The translations under genes and the position numbers were made by a program. Positions 9,357 to 17,045 of a stretch of 17,045 nucleotides of DNA are shown one piece after another. Under the pieces are notes generated by a model. The model was given only the letters and a program-made list of their open reading frames with translations. It was not told the DNA's origin and made no database searches. Source of the stretch: Promethearchaeota archaeon (lineage in GTDB: Archaea; Asgardarchaeota; Lokiarchaeia; Sigyniarchaeales; SOKP01). The DNA is taken from assembly GCA_016930515.1 (NCBI GenBank), contig JAFGGO010000056.1, forward strand, positions 1 to 17,045, read 5' to 3'. How positions within the stretch are numbered: position 1 is the first letter of the stretch; every line of letters begins with the position of its first letter.

Positions 9357-10562
9357 GTGAAGGGTATTCGTAATAAAATCGTTACTGTATCATCTATATT
9401 TATATTGATGATGGCAATCTGTATTGGGTTTATCGTGGTATCGCAAAATCAGGGAACGATCAAATAACTTTCCCAAAGATTGATCGTTGTCTCGATCCAG
9501 TAGATTTCTCCTTGATAGGAGATGGATTAGGATCAGAGTCTCCGTCTTACGACCCAAATTCAAGGAACAATGGCAAGTTGATGTGCGAAGTTGCGATCTA
9601 TCTGAATACGATTTAAGGGATCGAGAATACGATCTAATGTTCGCTGATTTTGATAGCAAGACCGTTTGGCTAGATGCCCTCCCTGATGCGTTTAAACCAG
9701 ACGAAATCAGGGAATTAGGAGAAAATCCGGGTTTTGATTCGCGGACATTACACTTGCGAGGAATAACTGGAAAAGGAATTGGCATTGCGATTATAGATCA
9801 AACTTTACTAGTTAACCATCAGGAATATAGTGATAGAGTTAGATTATACGAAGAGATTAACTTTGATGAGGATTGGGATGGATACACGCATGGATGTGCA
9901 GTAGCATCGATTGCGTCGGGTGAAACAGTTGGAATTGTTAATGAAGCCGAATTGTATTTTATGGCTGTTAATTTTCAGAGAATGGTTGGAAATACACCAA
10001 TTTTGGATTATAATTATATTGCTCGGGCGATTGACAGACTTGTGAAAATTAATAAGGATTTACCAGAAGAACACAGAATTCGGGTTACTTCTGTGGCTAG
10101 AGGCGGGGAGCTTGGCTATTTGGGATATGCCGAAGTAGAGGCGTCTGTCAGAAAAGCAATGGAACAAGGAATCCTTTTCGTTAATTCTAATTTAGATAGA
10201 TATTATGAATATCCGTTCCATGGATTAGGCCGTCAGCCTTTAAACGATCCCGATAATTTTATGGCATATGAAGCGGGATTATTCTGGCAGAATTTTCTAA
10301 CGAACGATCAAGATCGAATATTAATACCGATGGATTCCAGACGACAGCGAGTCCAACGGGGGTTGACGATTACTTTTTTTATAGAGCCTGAGGTTGGAGT
10401 TGGGCAATTCCATATATCGTAGGAGCCTACGCTTTGGCGTGCCAAGTTGACCTAGAAATCACTCCTGAAGAATTTGTAGAGATCGCAATAGAAACGGGAG
10501 TACCCTTGAATTACGAGGGATACGACATCGGAAAAGTAATCAATCCATTAACCCTTTTCTAA
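9357..10562 (+). pseudogene. S8 peptidase pseudogene, copy B
   Basis: Aligns end to end with 916..2169 but has 1-bp frameshifts at ~9453, ~9564 and ~10340, plus GGA>TGA at 10389..10391 just before the catalytic G-W-S-W. ORF 9487..10422 is only the middle part. Confidence 0.9.
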
Positions 10563-10566
10563 AACA

Positions 10567-10737
10567 TTAACTATCGTATATGTCTTCGGGGAACGAGCTA
10601 TCTTCATCGCTTTTTTCTTCGTCTTCTTTTTCGTTCCAATCCGCATCTTCCTCTCTTGTTTCTTTTTCCTCGCGATTTATATTTCTCTCGTTCCATTCGT
10701 CCGTTTTGATTTTTTTTCGGAATATTTTTTTTTTCAA
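10567..10737 (-). CDS. Small basic-then-acidic hypothetical protein (56 aa, absent from the ORF track)
   Basis: TTG start preceded by AGGAGA; MKKKIFRKKIKTDEWNERNINREEKETREEDADWNEKEDEEKSDEDSSFPEDIYDS*. It explains the Ser/Phe-rich shadow ORF 10580..10969. Confidence 0.55.
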   Translation of the reverse strand: MKKKIFRKKIKTDEWNERNINREEKETREEDADWNEKEDEEKSDEDSSFPEDIYDS

Positions 10738-10874
10738 TGTCTTTCTCCTAAATGCATTTTATACACAAGTTAAAATTCGTCAAGAGCACTTAAATGTGCT
10801 TGTTATAACTTATAATAGTGCTCCCGATTTTTTTCGTCAATCTAAGAAACGGAGTTATTTTAGAGGGAAAAATA

Positions 10875-10925
10875 TTGGTCTTATTGACAGGAATCATCCT
10901 TTACCATTCATGAGTTCATTAAGAG
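10875..10925 (+). repeat. Dispersed ~51-bp repeat, copy R4
   Basis: ttggtcttattgacaggaatcatcctttaccattcatgagttcattaagag. Confidence 0.9.
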
Positions 10926-11160
10926 CGCGATTGAAGGATTTCAACAAATATGATCAAGCCAAAAAGTGATTTAAATTGTTAGATCCCTAATCTCAATTTT
11001 GCGATTATGAAATCGTTTCGTTATGAAAGACTAGGATTTTTTCAATTAGAATAGAAAATGCGGATAAGGTTCCTTTAGAAAGTTTAATAAAGATTTAATT
11101 CAAGAAAAAACCATTATTATAGTATAAATCAAATATTTTTCTCTACTATTTGAATATATC

Positions 11161-11679
11161 ATGTCAGAAAAAGAAATTAAGGCAGGAGATATTGCTCCAG
11201 GTTTTAAGTTGAAATCTTATAACGCGGGAATTATCGATTTACACGAGTTATTAAAAAACCAGAAAGTTATCCTCATTTTCTCGAGATATTTTGGATGCCC
11301 TTTATGTCAGCTTGATTTGAAAACTCTCTTGAACCGTTCTGAAGAATTGGAAAAGAAAGGAGCAAGAATTATTTACATTACTCAGAGCGGAGAAAAAATT
11401 GCCAAAGATTACATCGCTCAAAAGGGAATTAAATTTCCCGTGATCCCCAGCTCAAAGGACGAGCTATATAAAAGTTATGGATTGGGATTAATAACGCTAG
11501 AGGCAATGAAGCAAGTCGGTTCCAAGCTTAAAGAGGCAAATGAAGCGGGATTCGTGCATGGAGAATACGAAGGATGGGAAAAACAAGGTCCCGGTCAATT
11601 TGTAATCGATAATGACGGCACGATAATCCACGCAAAGAAAGGGTGGTTAGATGTCGATGCTATCCTTGAAATCCTATAA
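11161..11679 (+). CDS. Peroxiredoxin-like (AhpC/TSA, Prx-like2) protein, copy B
   Basis: Same FSRYFGCPLC motif and same length as copy A; the upstream ~120 bp and downstream ~50 bp are also similar. Confidence 0.88.
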   Translation: MSEKEIKAGDIAPGFKLKSYNAGIIDLHELLKNQKVILIFSRYFGCPLCQLDLKTLLNRSEELEKKGARIIYITQSGEKIAKDYIAQKGIKFPVIPSSKDELYKSYGLGLITLEAMKQVGSKLKEANEAGFVHGEYEGWEKQGPGQFVIDNDGTIIHAKKGWLDVDAILEIL

Positions 11680-11842
11680 AAGTCCGAAATCACCAGGATA
11701 TTTTTAAATCTAAGAAAGATTAATCACTATCAGTTCATAATAACAAGGATTCTTAAGAATCGTTAAAATATTTGATTAGATTAAAATAGGAGTTAAACTT
11801 AATTAAGTACAATTACAAAACAATTGATATTGTAAGCTTAAA

Positions 11843-12022
11843 ATGGAGAAAAAATCAGAAAAATTTGGACTGAGAAAAAGATTAAGATTTTTTTACGGTA
11901 AATTTTTGAAATCCGAAGAGCTTCAACAAGAACAAAACTATGGCTTGGAAAACGACCGAAGACATTCGAAAGAAAATGAAAAAATAAGCGGATTCAAGAA
12001 AACGGAAGAAATTCCAGATTAA
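11843..12022 (+). CDS. Small charged hypothetical protein (59 aa, absent from the ORF track)
   Basis: MEKKSEKFGLRKRLRFFYGKFLKSEELQQEQNYGLENDRRHSKENEKISGFKKTEEIPD*; a purine-rich open frame filling the gap before R5. Confidence 0.4.
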   Translation: MEKKSEKFGLRKRLRFFYGKFLKSEELQQEQNYGLENDRRHSKENEKISGFKKTEEIPD

Positions 12023-12058
12023 CCTTAAATTATATAAGTTATGCCTTAAAATTTGGAA

Positions 12059-12108
12059 TTGGTCTTGTTCATGGGAGTCACCTTTTACTCGCTTGAGTTC
12101 ATTTTAAA
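12059..12108 (+). repeat. Dispersed ~51-bp repeat, copy R5
   Basis: ttggtcttgttcatgggagtcaccttttactcgcttgagttcattttaaa (1-nt gap versus consensus). Confidence 0.9.
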
Positions 12109-12263
12109 CTAATTAGATTTAATAGGGTCATCACGATGACTGATAAAATCTTCTTCTAGGTAAAACGGATAATTTTTTGAAAGAATTGTGAAATAGGTTC
12201 TAATTTGAATTATGGGTTTAGATAATTAGATTTGTAGTAATTAAGGAAATTTAAAATAAGATA

Positions 12264-12666
12264 TCATTCCCAAATAATTGTTGCTGCTTCTGCGATCTCA
12301 GCATCGTTAGTTAAAATTGCCTCCGCATTAAAACGCTTGTACATGGAAACTATCGTCCTATCGTGTAGTTCTGGAACGGTTAGTCCGCTAAAAATTCGCC
12401 ACGCGGGCACATCTAGACTAACTTTTTCGAAAATCTCTCCTTTTTCTAATGTTATAAATATTAAATCTATCTTTTCAATAGGAATGTTCCTTCCAAAAAT
12501 TTCCTTCCCTTTATAAATTATAGAGCGTTTCGCCCAACGCAATTGAAGGTAATAAGAGTTTAATTTGCTTTTTTTCAGCATCCTTGAGTATATTATCTGC
12601 GCCTTTTGGAAGCTTATCTGTTAAGAACGCTAAAAAAGCTACTGCATCAACGACGTAACTTTTCAA
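12264..12666 (-). pseudogene. vapC: PIN-domain (VapC-like) toxin, copy B, frameshifted
   Basis: TTG start 1 nt after the antitoxin stop gives MKSYVVDAVAFL...LLPSIALGETLY. A 2-bp deletion at 12518/12519 relative to copy A shifts the frame; the C-terminal HDR...ILTND motifs lie in ORF 12264..12581. Confidence 0.85.
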
Positions 12667-12667
12667 C

Positions 12668-12907
12668 TCAAATTCTCCATTTTTTTCTCTCAGATTGTAC
12701 GAAATCGATCGCCTTGTTTAGTTCGATCTCGTCTCTTAATAAGCCCCTTAGCATTCCAATGTGAGTCGTTTTTGGTTTAATCACGATTCCACCATCTTGA
12801 ATGTACAATAGTACTTCGTCTCCCTCATTTAGCTTGAGTTCGTCTCTAAAATCTTTTGGAATCGTGAGTTGCCCTTTCGTCGAAATTTTACAATATTTCG
12901 GCTTCAT
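12668..12907 (-). CDS. AbrB/MazE/SpoVT-family antitoxin
   Basis: KISTKGQLTIPKDFRDELKLNEGD is the canonical AbrB-fold signature, and the gene lies directly upstream of the PIN gene. Confidence 0.93.
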   Translation of the reverse strand: MKPKYCKISTKGQLTIPKDFRDELKLNEGDEVLLYIQDGGIVIKPKTTHIGMLRGLLRDEIELNKAIDFVQSERKKWRI

Positions 12908-12931
12908 TTATCAACATGCTTATAATGGACA

Positions 12932-12972
12932 TGTAAGGATATAAAACTTACTTTTTTAATTATAATCTTACA
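12932..12972 (-). promoter_or_regulatory. Putative TA promoter/operator: GTAAG-N9-CTTAC inverted repeat straddling a TATA-like box
   Basis: GTAAG 12933..12937 and CTTAC 12947..12951 flank minus-strand TTTTATATC; a further CTTACA lies at 12967..12972. Consistent with autoregulation by AbrB-type antitoxins. Confidence 0.45.
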
Positions 12973-12991
12973 ATTTTATTTTAACAAAACC

Positions 12992-13042
12992 TTGGTCTTG
13001 TTGATAGGAGTCGCCTTTTATCCATCTTAAGTTCATTTCAGG
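12992..13042 (+). repeat. Dispersed ~51-bp repeat, copy R6
   Basis: ttggtcttgttgataggagtcgccttttatccatcttaagttcatttcagg. Confidence 0.92.
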
Positions 13043-13224
13043 TTCACAAGTGGTGTTTTAGCATAATTAAATACCCAACATTTCAATCAAATGAGAGATA
13101 AAAGGAATAAAAACAACTCAGATTGTTTAAGAAAAAAAAATGACTATAATAACTCAATTAATTTGTGTTAGTTGCCACTTCGTAATTAACTTCAAGTCCG
13201 TTATCCAAGTAGTCATAATAATCC

Positions 13225-13989
13225 TTAGTATACCGAGATAGGAACTTCGCATAAATACCAGAGGTCTACATTGGCGCTAAACATTTTTATGGAAATTTCA
13301 GGCCACAACGTGCCAAATATGGGATATTGTGCCCAATATAAGGCGTACCAAGGACCTGCCAGACCCCAAAACCAGCCTACAATTTGTTGCTCGTTGTAAG
13401 CCCAGGCAAGTACCTGTATCTGAATTTTACCTTCGTCATTTATATAATTTAACGTATTCACAAGAACATCTATATCTTGAATCTGTTCGTTTATAGTAAC
13501 TCCCGAAAGCAAGTCGTATTTTAAAGTATCATAATTATAAATGCGTAATTGACACAAGTTAATCGAAGTGCGACTCCCTAAAATAAGACTATAATGAATG
13601 TGTATGTCAGCATCCTCAGTCTGACTTTCATTATCGTCTAATTGAAAAATCGAAGTTTCCGAGATTTCCAAGTAATTCTGCCAGCAGTCCGCTGTAACGT
13701 AATGATAACGCGTAAAAGCGTCATTGCGTTCATCTTCCCAGTTCTCATGTGTGAACGAATTGCGAATAGTGCCTTGGTTAAGGGCAAAGGATTGTGAAAT
13801 TAAATTACATTCCACAGATTCAATATAATATATGCTTGTACTAGTATTCAAATCCTGTTGTTGTTGAGATCCATATTCATCATTCCTAAGATTTATAGCC
13901 GTTATCGCAAATATTATTGGGAGGAAGATTGCTAAAAATATTAGACTAGATTTTATTTTGTTTTTATTTGAAATATTCATTTTTTTCAA
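13225..13989 (-). CDS. Secreted or membrane-anchored hypothetical protein, distant paralogue of the N-terminal part of 5161..7137
   Basis: N-terminal hydrophobic segment; shared motifs RYH, QLR.(F/Y), Y(V/I)N..G...(V)..WA and a Trp-rich loop followed by P.(M/I).(M/I)....A.V(E/D). Confidence 0.8.
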   Translation of the reverse strand: MKKMNISNKNKIKSSLIFLAIFLPIIFAITAINLRNDEYGSQQQQDLNTSTSIYYIESVECNLISQSFALNQGTIRNSFTHENWEDERNDAFTRYHYVTADCWQNYLEISETSIFQLDDNESQTEDADIHIHYSLILGSRTSINLCQLRIYNYDTLKYDLLSGVTINEQIQDIDVLVNTLNYINDEGKIQIQVLAWAYNEQQIVGWFWGLAGPWYALYWAQYPIFGTLWPEISIKMFSANVDLWYLCEVPISVY

Positions 13990-14007
13990 TTTTTATGGAT
14001 TTTCTAT

Positions 14008-14086
14008 CTCGTTTTTTCAATTTTAACGAGTTATGAAAGTAACTGAATATCCAGCATATAAAAGGAATTGGTAAAAAAGGGAATGA
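14008..14086 (-). promoter_or_regulatory. Putative TATA promoter with a CTCGTT/AACGAG inverted repeat, upstream of the 254-aa gene
   Basis: cagcatataaaaggaattggtaaaaaagggaatgat nearly matches 7208..7243; inverted repeat at 14008..14030. Confidence 0.65.
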
Positions 14087-14223
14087 TTAATTTTTACTTC
14101 GCCTTTTTTTTTTAACATGTGGAGCTTCAGAGGCTAGATTGGCTGGAAAGAGGCTCAGTTGATTGCCTATATAATTTTAATTGGACTTTTACCCGATTTT
14201 GCCCTTAGGATAGGTTTATATCT

Positions 14224-14274
14224 TTGATCTTGTCGACAGGAGTCACCTTTTACCCTGCCTGAGTTCATTTCAGG
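14224..14274 (+). repeat. Dispersed ~51-bp repeat, copy R7 (close to consensus; last copy seen)
   Basis: ttgatcttgtcgacaggagtcaccttttaccctgcctgagttcatttcagg; contains a GCCTGA-N7-TCAGGC hairpin that extends one base past the listed end. Confidence 0.92.
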
Positions 14275-14587
14275 CGTCGAATAAAGGAAGAACAAGCAAT
14301 AAAAAGAATAAAAATTAAGACAAAAAAATATTATTTTGGTTTTTTTTTTAAATCGTTTACATTCAATCGAAATTATCATTAAATAACATTATTGAGTCGT
14401 TTTTTTGTTTAAAGGTTGCATTTGCCTCTTTTATGGTCAATACCAAGCATTTTTATATCTAAAAATATTTAACAAGCGACTACAATAAAGCACGTTAAAA
14501 ATGAAGGGAAAGTAATTAAAAAATTTAATAAAAAATCTTTGGATTAAAACCTAATAATCTGGTGGTTTCAATCCAATCCTTTGGAGC

Positions 14588-14893
14588 TTAATTCATTGAC
14601 ATTCGACGATGGATCAACGACAAAAGCTCGGGCTTAACGTAGTTATCGGGCGGTCCATAGATGATTTGGTCTTCAAGATCTGATTTAGAGGCTTTCTCTT
14701 TACGACCTCTCAAGGTTAGTTTCTTTCCAAACTTCGTCTTAACTTTATCTTGCTTGCGATCGGTAAAAGTGCCTAATCCATAACTGTATTTCCAAGGTCG
14801 AACAGAATATTCCATTACATTCCTCATCCAACTATCTGCCTGATCTGTTTCGTAATCCCAGGTCGAGACAGTTTCTATTTCTGCTTTACTCAT
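14588..14893 (-). CDS. Hypothetical protein, 101 aa
   Basis: ATG preceded by purine-rich AAGGAAGTGA; GC content above the flanks; TATA-like TTTATAC about 65 nt upstream. Confidence 0.65.
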   Translation of the reverse strand: MSKAEIETVSTWDYETDQADSWMRNVMEYSVRPWKYSYGLGTFTDRKQDKVKTKFGKKLTLRGRKEKASKSDLEDQIIYGPPDNYVKPELLSLIHRRMSMN

Positions 14894-14975
14894 TTATTTT
14901 TCACTTCCTTTTTTTTCTTCCTAAGTTACTATCGTTAAATAGAATAGTTAAAGGTTATGTATAAATACTTAAAGG

Positions 14976-15041
14976 TAGTTTAAACACGATTAATATGTTT
15001 AAACTAACATCGCTAAAAATCAATTACTTTCGGTTTAAACC
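14976..15041. promoter_or_regulatory. GTTTAAAC palindrome cluster (putative operator)
   Basis: Perfect 11-bp inverted repeat TAGTTTAAACA-N9-TGTTTAAACTA (14976..15006) and GGTTTAAACC (15032..15041) in a divergent intergenic region. Confidence 0.5.
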
Positions 15042-15049
15042 TTATCTAA

Positions 15050-15086
<37 letters not shown>

Positions 15087-15198
15087 GGAAGATTTCCCAT
15101 CATAATTTTTATAAGGAATGGCAACAAGAAAAGCAAGTTTTAAAAATTTAAAAAATAAAAATGATTACAAATAATAATTTCACAATTTAAAATTAGAG

Positions 15199-15702
15199 TT
15201 GAAGAGATTGAAAACGCTTGTAACTTATATGTCACAAACAGGCAATACGAAAAAGATTGCTGAAGCAATATTTGAAACAATTTCAGGAGATAAAGAGATT
15301 AAACCATTGAACGAAGTTGAAAGCTTGGAGAATTATGGATTTACATTTATAGGGTTTCCGATTCATCAAATGGGACCACCACAACTAGCGTCAAAGTTCA
15401 TTGAAATAAAAGCAAAAAATCGAAAAATAGCGCTTTTTGTTACCCACGCTTCTCCTCCAGGATCACCATTCATTGACCCTTTATTAGCTAAATGTAAAGA
15501 ATCTACCAATGCTTCGGAAATGTTCGGTATTTATGACTGTCAAGGAGTACTTGCCCAACAAGTAGCAGATATGCTCCTAAAAATGGATAATCCTCAAGCC
15601 CAACAATTTGGAAAATTAAGAAATCTAACAGTTGGACATCCAAACGAACAAGAACAAGAAAACGCTCGCAATTTCGCAAGAGAAATGATGGAAAAACTTT
15701 AA
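15199..15702 (+). CDS. Flavodoxin-family protein
   Basis: FMN phosphate loop YMSQTGNTKKIAEAI, plus FIGFP, ALFVTH, CQG and HPN...A..FA motifs. The start may be the TTG at 15208. Confidence 0.9.
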   Translation: MKRLKTLVTYMSQTGNTKKIAEAIFETISGDKEIKPLNEVESLENYGFTFIGFPIHQMGPPQLASKFIEIKAKNRKIALFVTHASPPGSPFIDPLLAKCKESTNASEMFGIYDCQGVLAQQVADMLLKMDNPQAQQFGKLRNLTVGHPNEQEQENARNFAREMMEKL

Positions 15703-15860
15703 TATTTTTTTTTCTATATTCATCGAAAATTATATAAAATCAAAAATGAACTATAAACTCAATAAACATCTTGATTTCACGATGATTTAAAAAGGAGATA
15801 AATTTAGGAGAGAGAACAATCCTAACAAATAATAATGAATCGAATTCAAAAATATTAAAG

Positions 15861-16769
15861 ATGAAAAAATTTAAATTTAAAAAAATAGATGCTTTTGCCT
15901 CAACAAAATCAGAGGGTAATCCTGCTGGATGTATTTATCTTGAATCAGGAGAAGATATAACATCATATGAAATGAAACTTATTGCTAAAGAGTTAAAAGG
16001 ATTTGTGAATGAAGTTGGATATATTAAAAGGATTGGCAATTATGAATTTAACTTAAAATATTATTCTTCTGAAAGAGAAGTAGATTTTTGTGGACATGCA
16101 ACAATAGCAATAATGTACGATTTAATAAAAAATGATAAAACACTAATTGATTCAAGTTTTCTGACGGTTATGACAAAAAGAGGGAATTTAACGGTTGAAA
16201 ATAAAATATTAAATGAAGATTCCGTTTTTATCACGTCTCCTATACCTCAAGAAACTGTTATTGTTCCAACAATTCTTGATATTATATCTGCTTTAAATGT
16301 CAGAGAGGAAGAAATAGAAACAATACTTCCTATTAAAATTATAAACGCTGGATTGACAACTTTAATAGTTCCCATTAAATCACTTGAAATACTAATCAAG
16401 ATAATGCCGAATTTCAATGTTTTAAAGAATTTTTGTTTAAGTTCAGAGATAGATATTATCGAGGTCTTCACGAATGATGTTTCAAATAGTAATAATAATT
16501 TCAGAGTAAGAGTTTTTGCTCCTACTTTTGGTTATCTTGAAGATCCAGCAACCGGTTCAGGAAATTCTGCATTTGGATACTATCTAATACAAAATGAATT
16601 ATGGAATGATGATACTATAAAAATAGAACAAAATAGATTACGTGATGAATATAATCTCGTGAAATTACGAAAAAAGCAAGATGATAGTGGTATTGAGCGA
16701 GTATTATTTGGTGGTGGAGCAATAACAAGAATTGAAGGTGAATATATGATTTATCCTCAAGAAAAATAA
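15861..16769 (+). CDS. PhzF-family (phenazine biosynthesis-like) isomerase/epimerase
   Basis: IDAF...GNPA, EVDFCGHAT and RVFAP.FG..EDPATGS signature motifs. Confidence 0.93.
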   Translation: MKKFKFKKIDAFASTKSEGNPAGCIYLESGEDITSYEMKLIAKELKGFVNEVGYIKRIGNYEFNLKYYSSEREVDFCGHATIAIMYDLIKNDKTLIDSSFLTVMTKRGNLTVENKILNEDSVFITSPIPQETVIVPTILDIISALNVREEEIETILPIKIINAGLTTLIVPIKSLEILIKIMPNFNVLKNFCLSSEIDIIEVFTNDVSNSNNNFRVRVFAPTFGYLEDPATGSGNSAFGYYLIQNELWNDDTIKIEQNRLRDEYNLVKLRKKQDDSGIERVLFGGGAITRIEGEYMIYPQEK

Positions 16770-17045
16770 TATCATTTTTATAAACCATATTTGCAAGTCA
16801 TAATCTTATGTATTCTACTGAATGTTTGTCCTCACCTTTAAAGAATCAATTCAAATACCCTGTCTTGTTCTATTTAACATCCTTTCGATATAGATATTTA
16901 AAATCAACATCAACAAGCAATTCTTCTTTTTCAATTTATTCTTCGTGAAATCATCATTTCGCGTAAATAAATATGCGTGTTATTAATATCCAAGTATTAG
17001 CTAAGTATTATCAAAATATCTCAAATAAGGAATTTTTCAATAATA

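Noticed and set aside
10389-10391. In-frame TGA in S8 B as selenocysteine or recoding
   Set aside because: It aligns to Gly (GGA) in copy A, the gene has three other lesions, and TGA serves as a stop elsewhere (AbrB).
11735-11765. Possible decayed repeat after Prx B (taacaaggattc vs taacaggaatc in R1), and weak matches near 2248, 9200..9245 and 16830
   Set aside because: Too short to distinguish from AT-rich background by eye; needs a profile search.
11923-11935. TCAACAAGAACAA, a 12/13 inverted match to the repeat's left end (possible MITE terminal repeat)
   Set aside because: The match does not extend, lies in Gln/Glu codons of a small ORF, and has no counterpart at other copies.
14238-14252. 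Repeat core GGAGTCACCTTTT resembles the 16S rRNA 3' end (GGATCACCTCC), and its complement contains GGTGA
   Set aside because: The match is short, there is no other rRNA sequence, and no start codon consistently follows on the minus strand.
739-14274. CRISPR array interpretation of the repeats
   Set aside because: The intervals are 0.9-4.4 kb and contain whole genes, the repeats are degenerate, and there are no cas genes.
739-14274. Canonical integron attC or Xer dif sites
   Set aside because: No complementary RYYYAAC/GTTRRRY ends, no 11-6-11 dif arms, and no integrase in the window.
14167-14379. 70-aa ORF spanning R7, which would make the repeat a coding remnant
   Set aside because: Low-complexity N-terminus; other repeat copies carry 1-nt gaps and lie between genes.

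Overview
AT-rich accessory region, probably archaeal: it has TATA-like promoters, oligo-T terminators and an AbrB/PIN pair, and an Asgard/Lokiarchaeia-like origin is only my impression. Genes left to right: Prx-like2 protein A, S8 peptidase A, a conserved hypothetical, a 5'-truncated PIN toxin fused to a broken IS4/IS5-type transposase, a 658-aa secreted protein, a clan CD (C13-like) peptidase, S8 pseudogene B, Prx-like2 protein B, a frameshifted PIN toxin with an intact AbrB antitoxin, a 254-aa secreted paralogue, a hypothetical, a flavodoxin and a PhzF-family protein. The main observation is an unannotated ~51-bp repeat (consensus TTGGTCTTGTTGAnAGGAGTCACCTTTTACCCnnCnTGAGTTCATTTnAGG) present seven times (739, 3113, 7544, 10875, 12059, 12992, 14224). 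Every copy lies between the supported genes and in the same orientation, dividing the region into 0.9-4.4 kb modules of 1-3 genes. Four cargo families occur twice, in non-colinear order and at different divergence. This resembles a cassette array delimited by a non-attC recombination site. No recombinase is encoded in the window, so the mechanism is inference.
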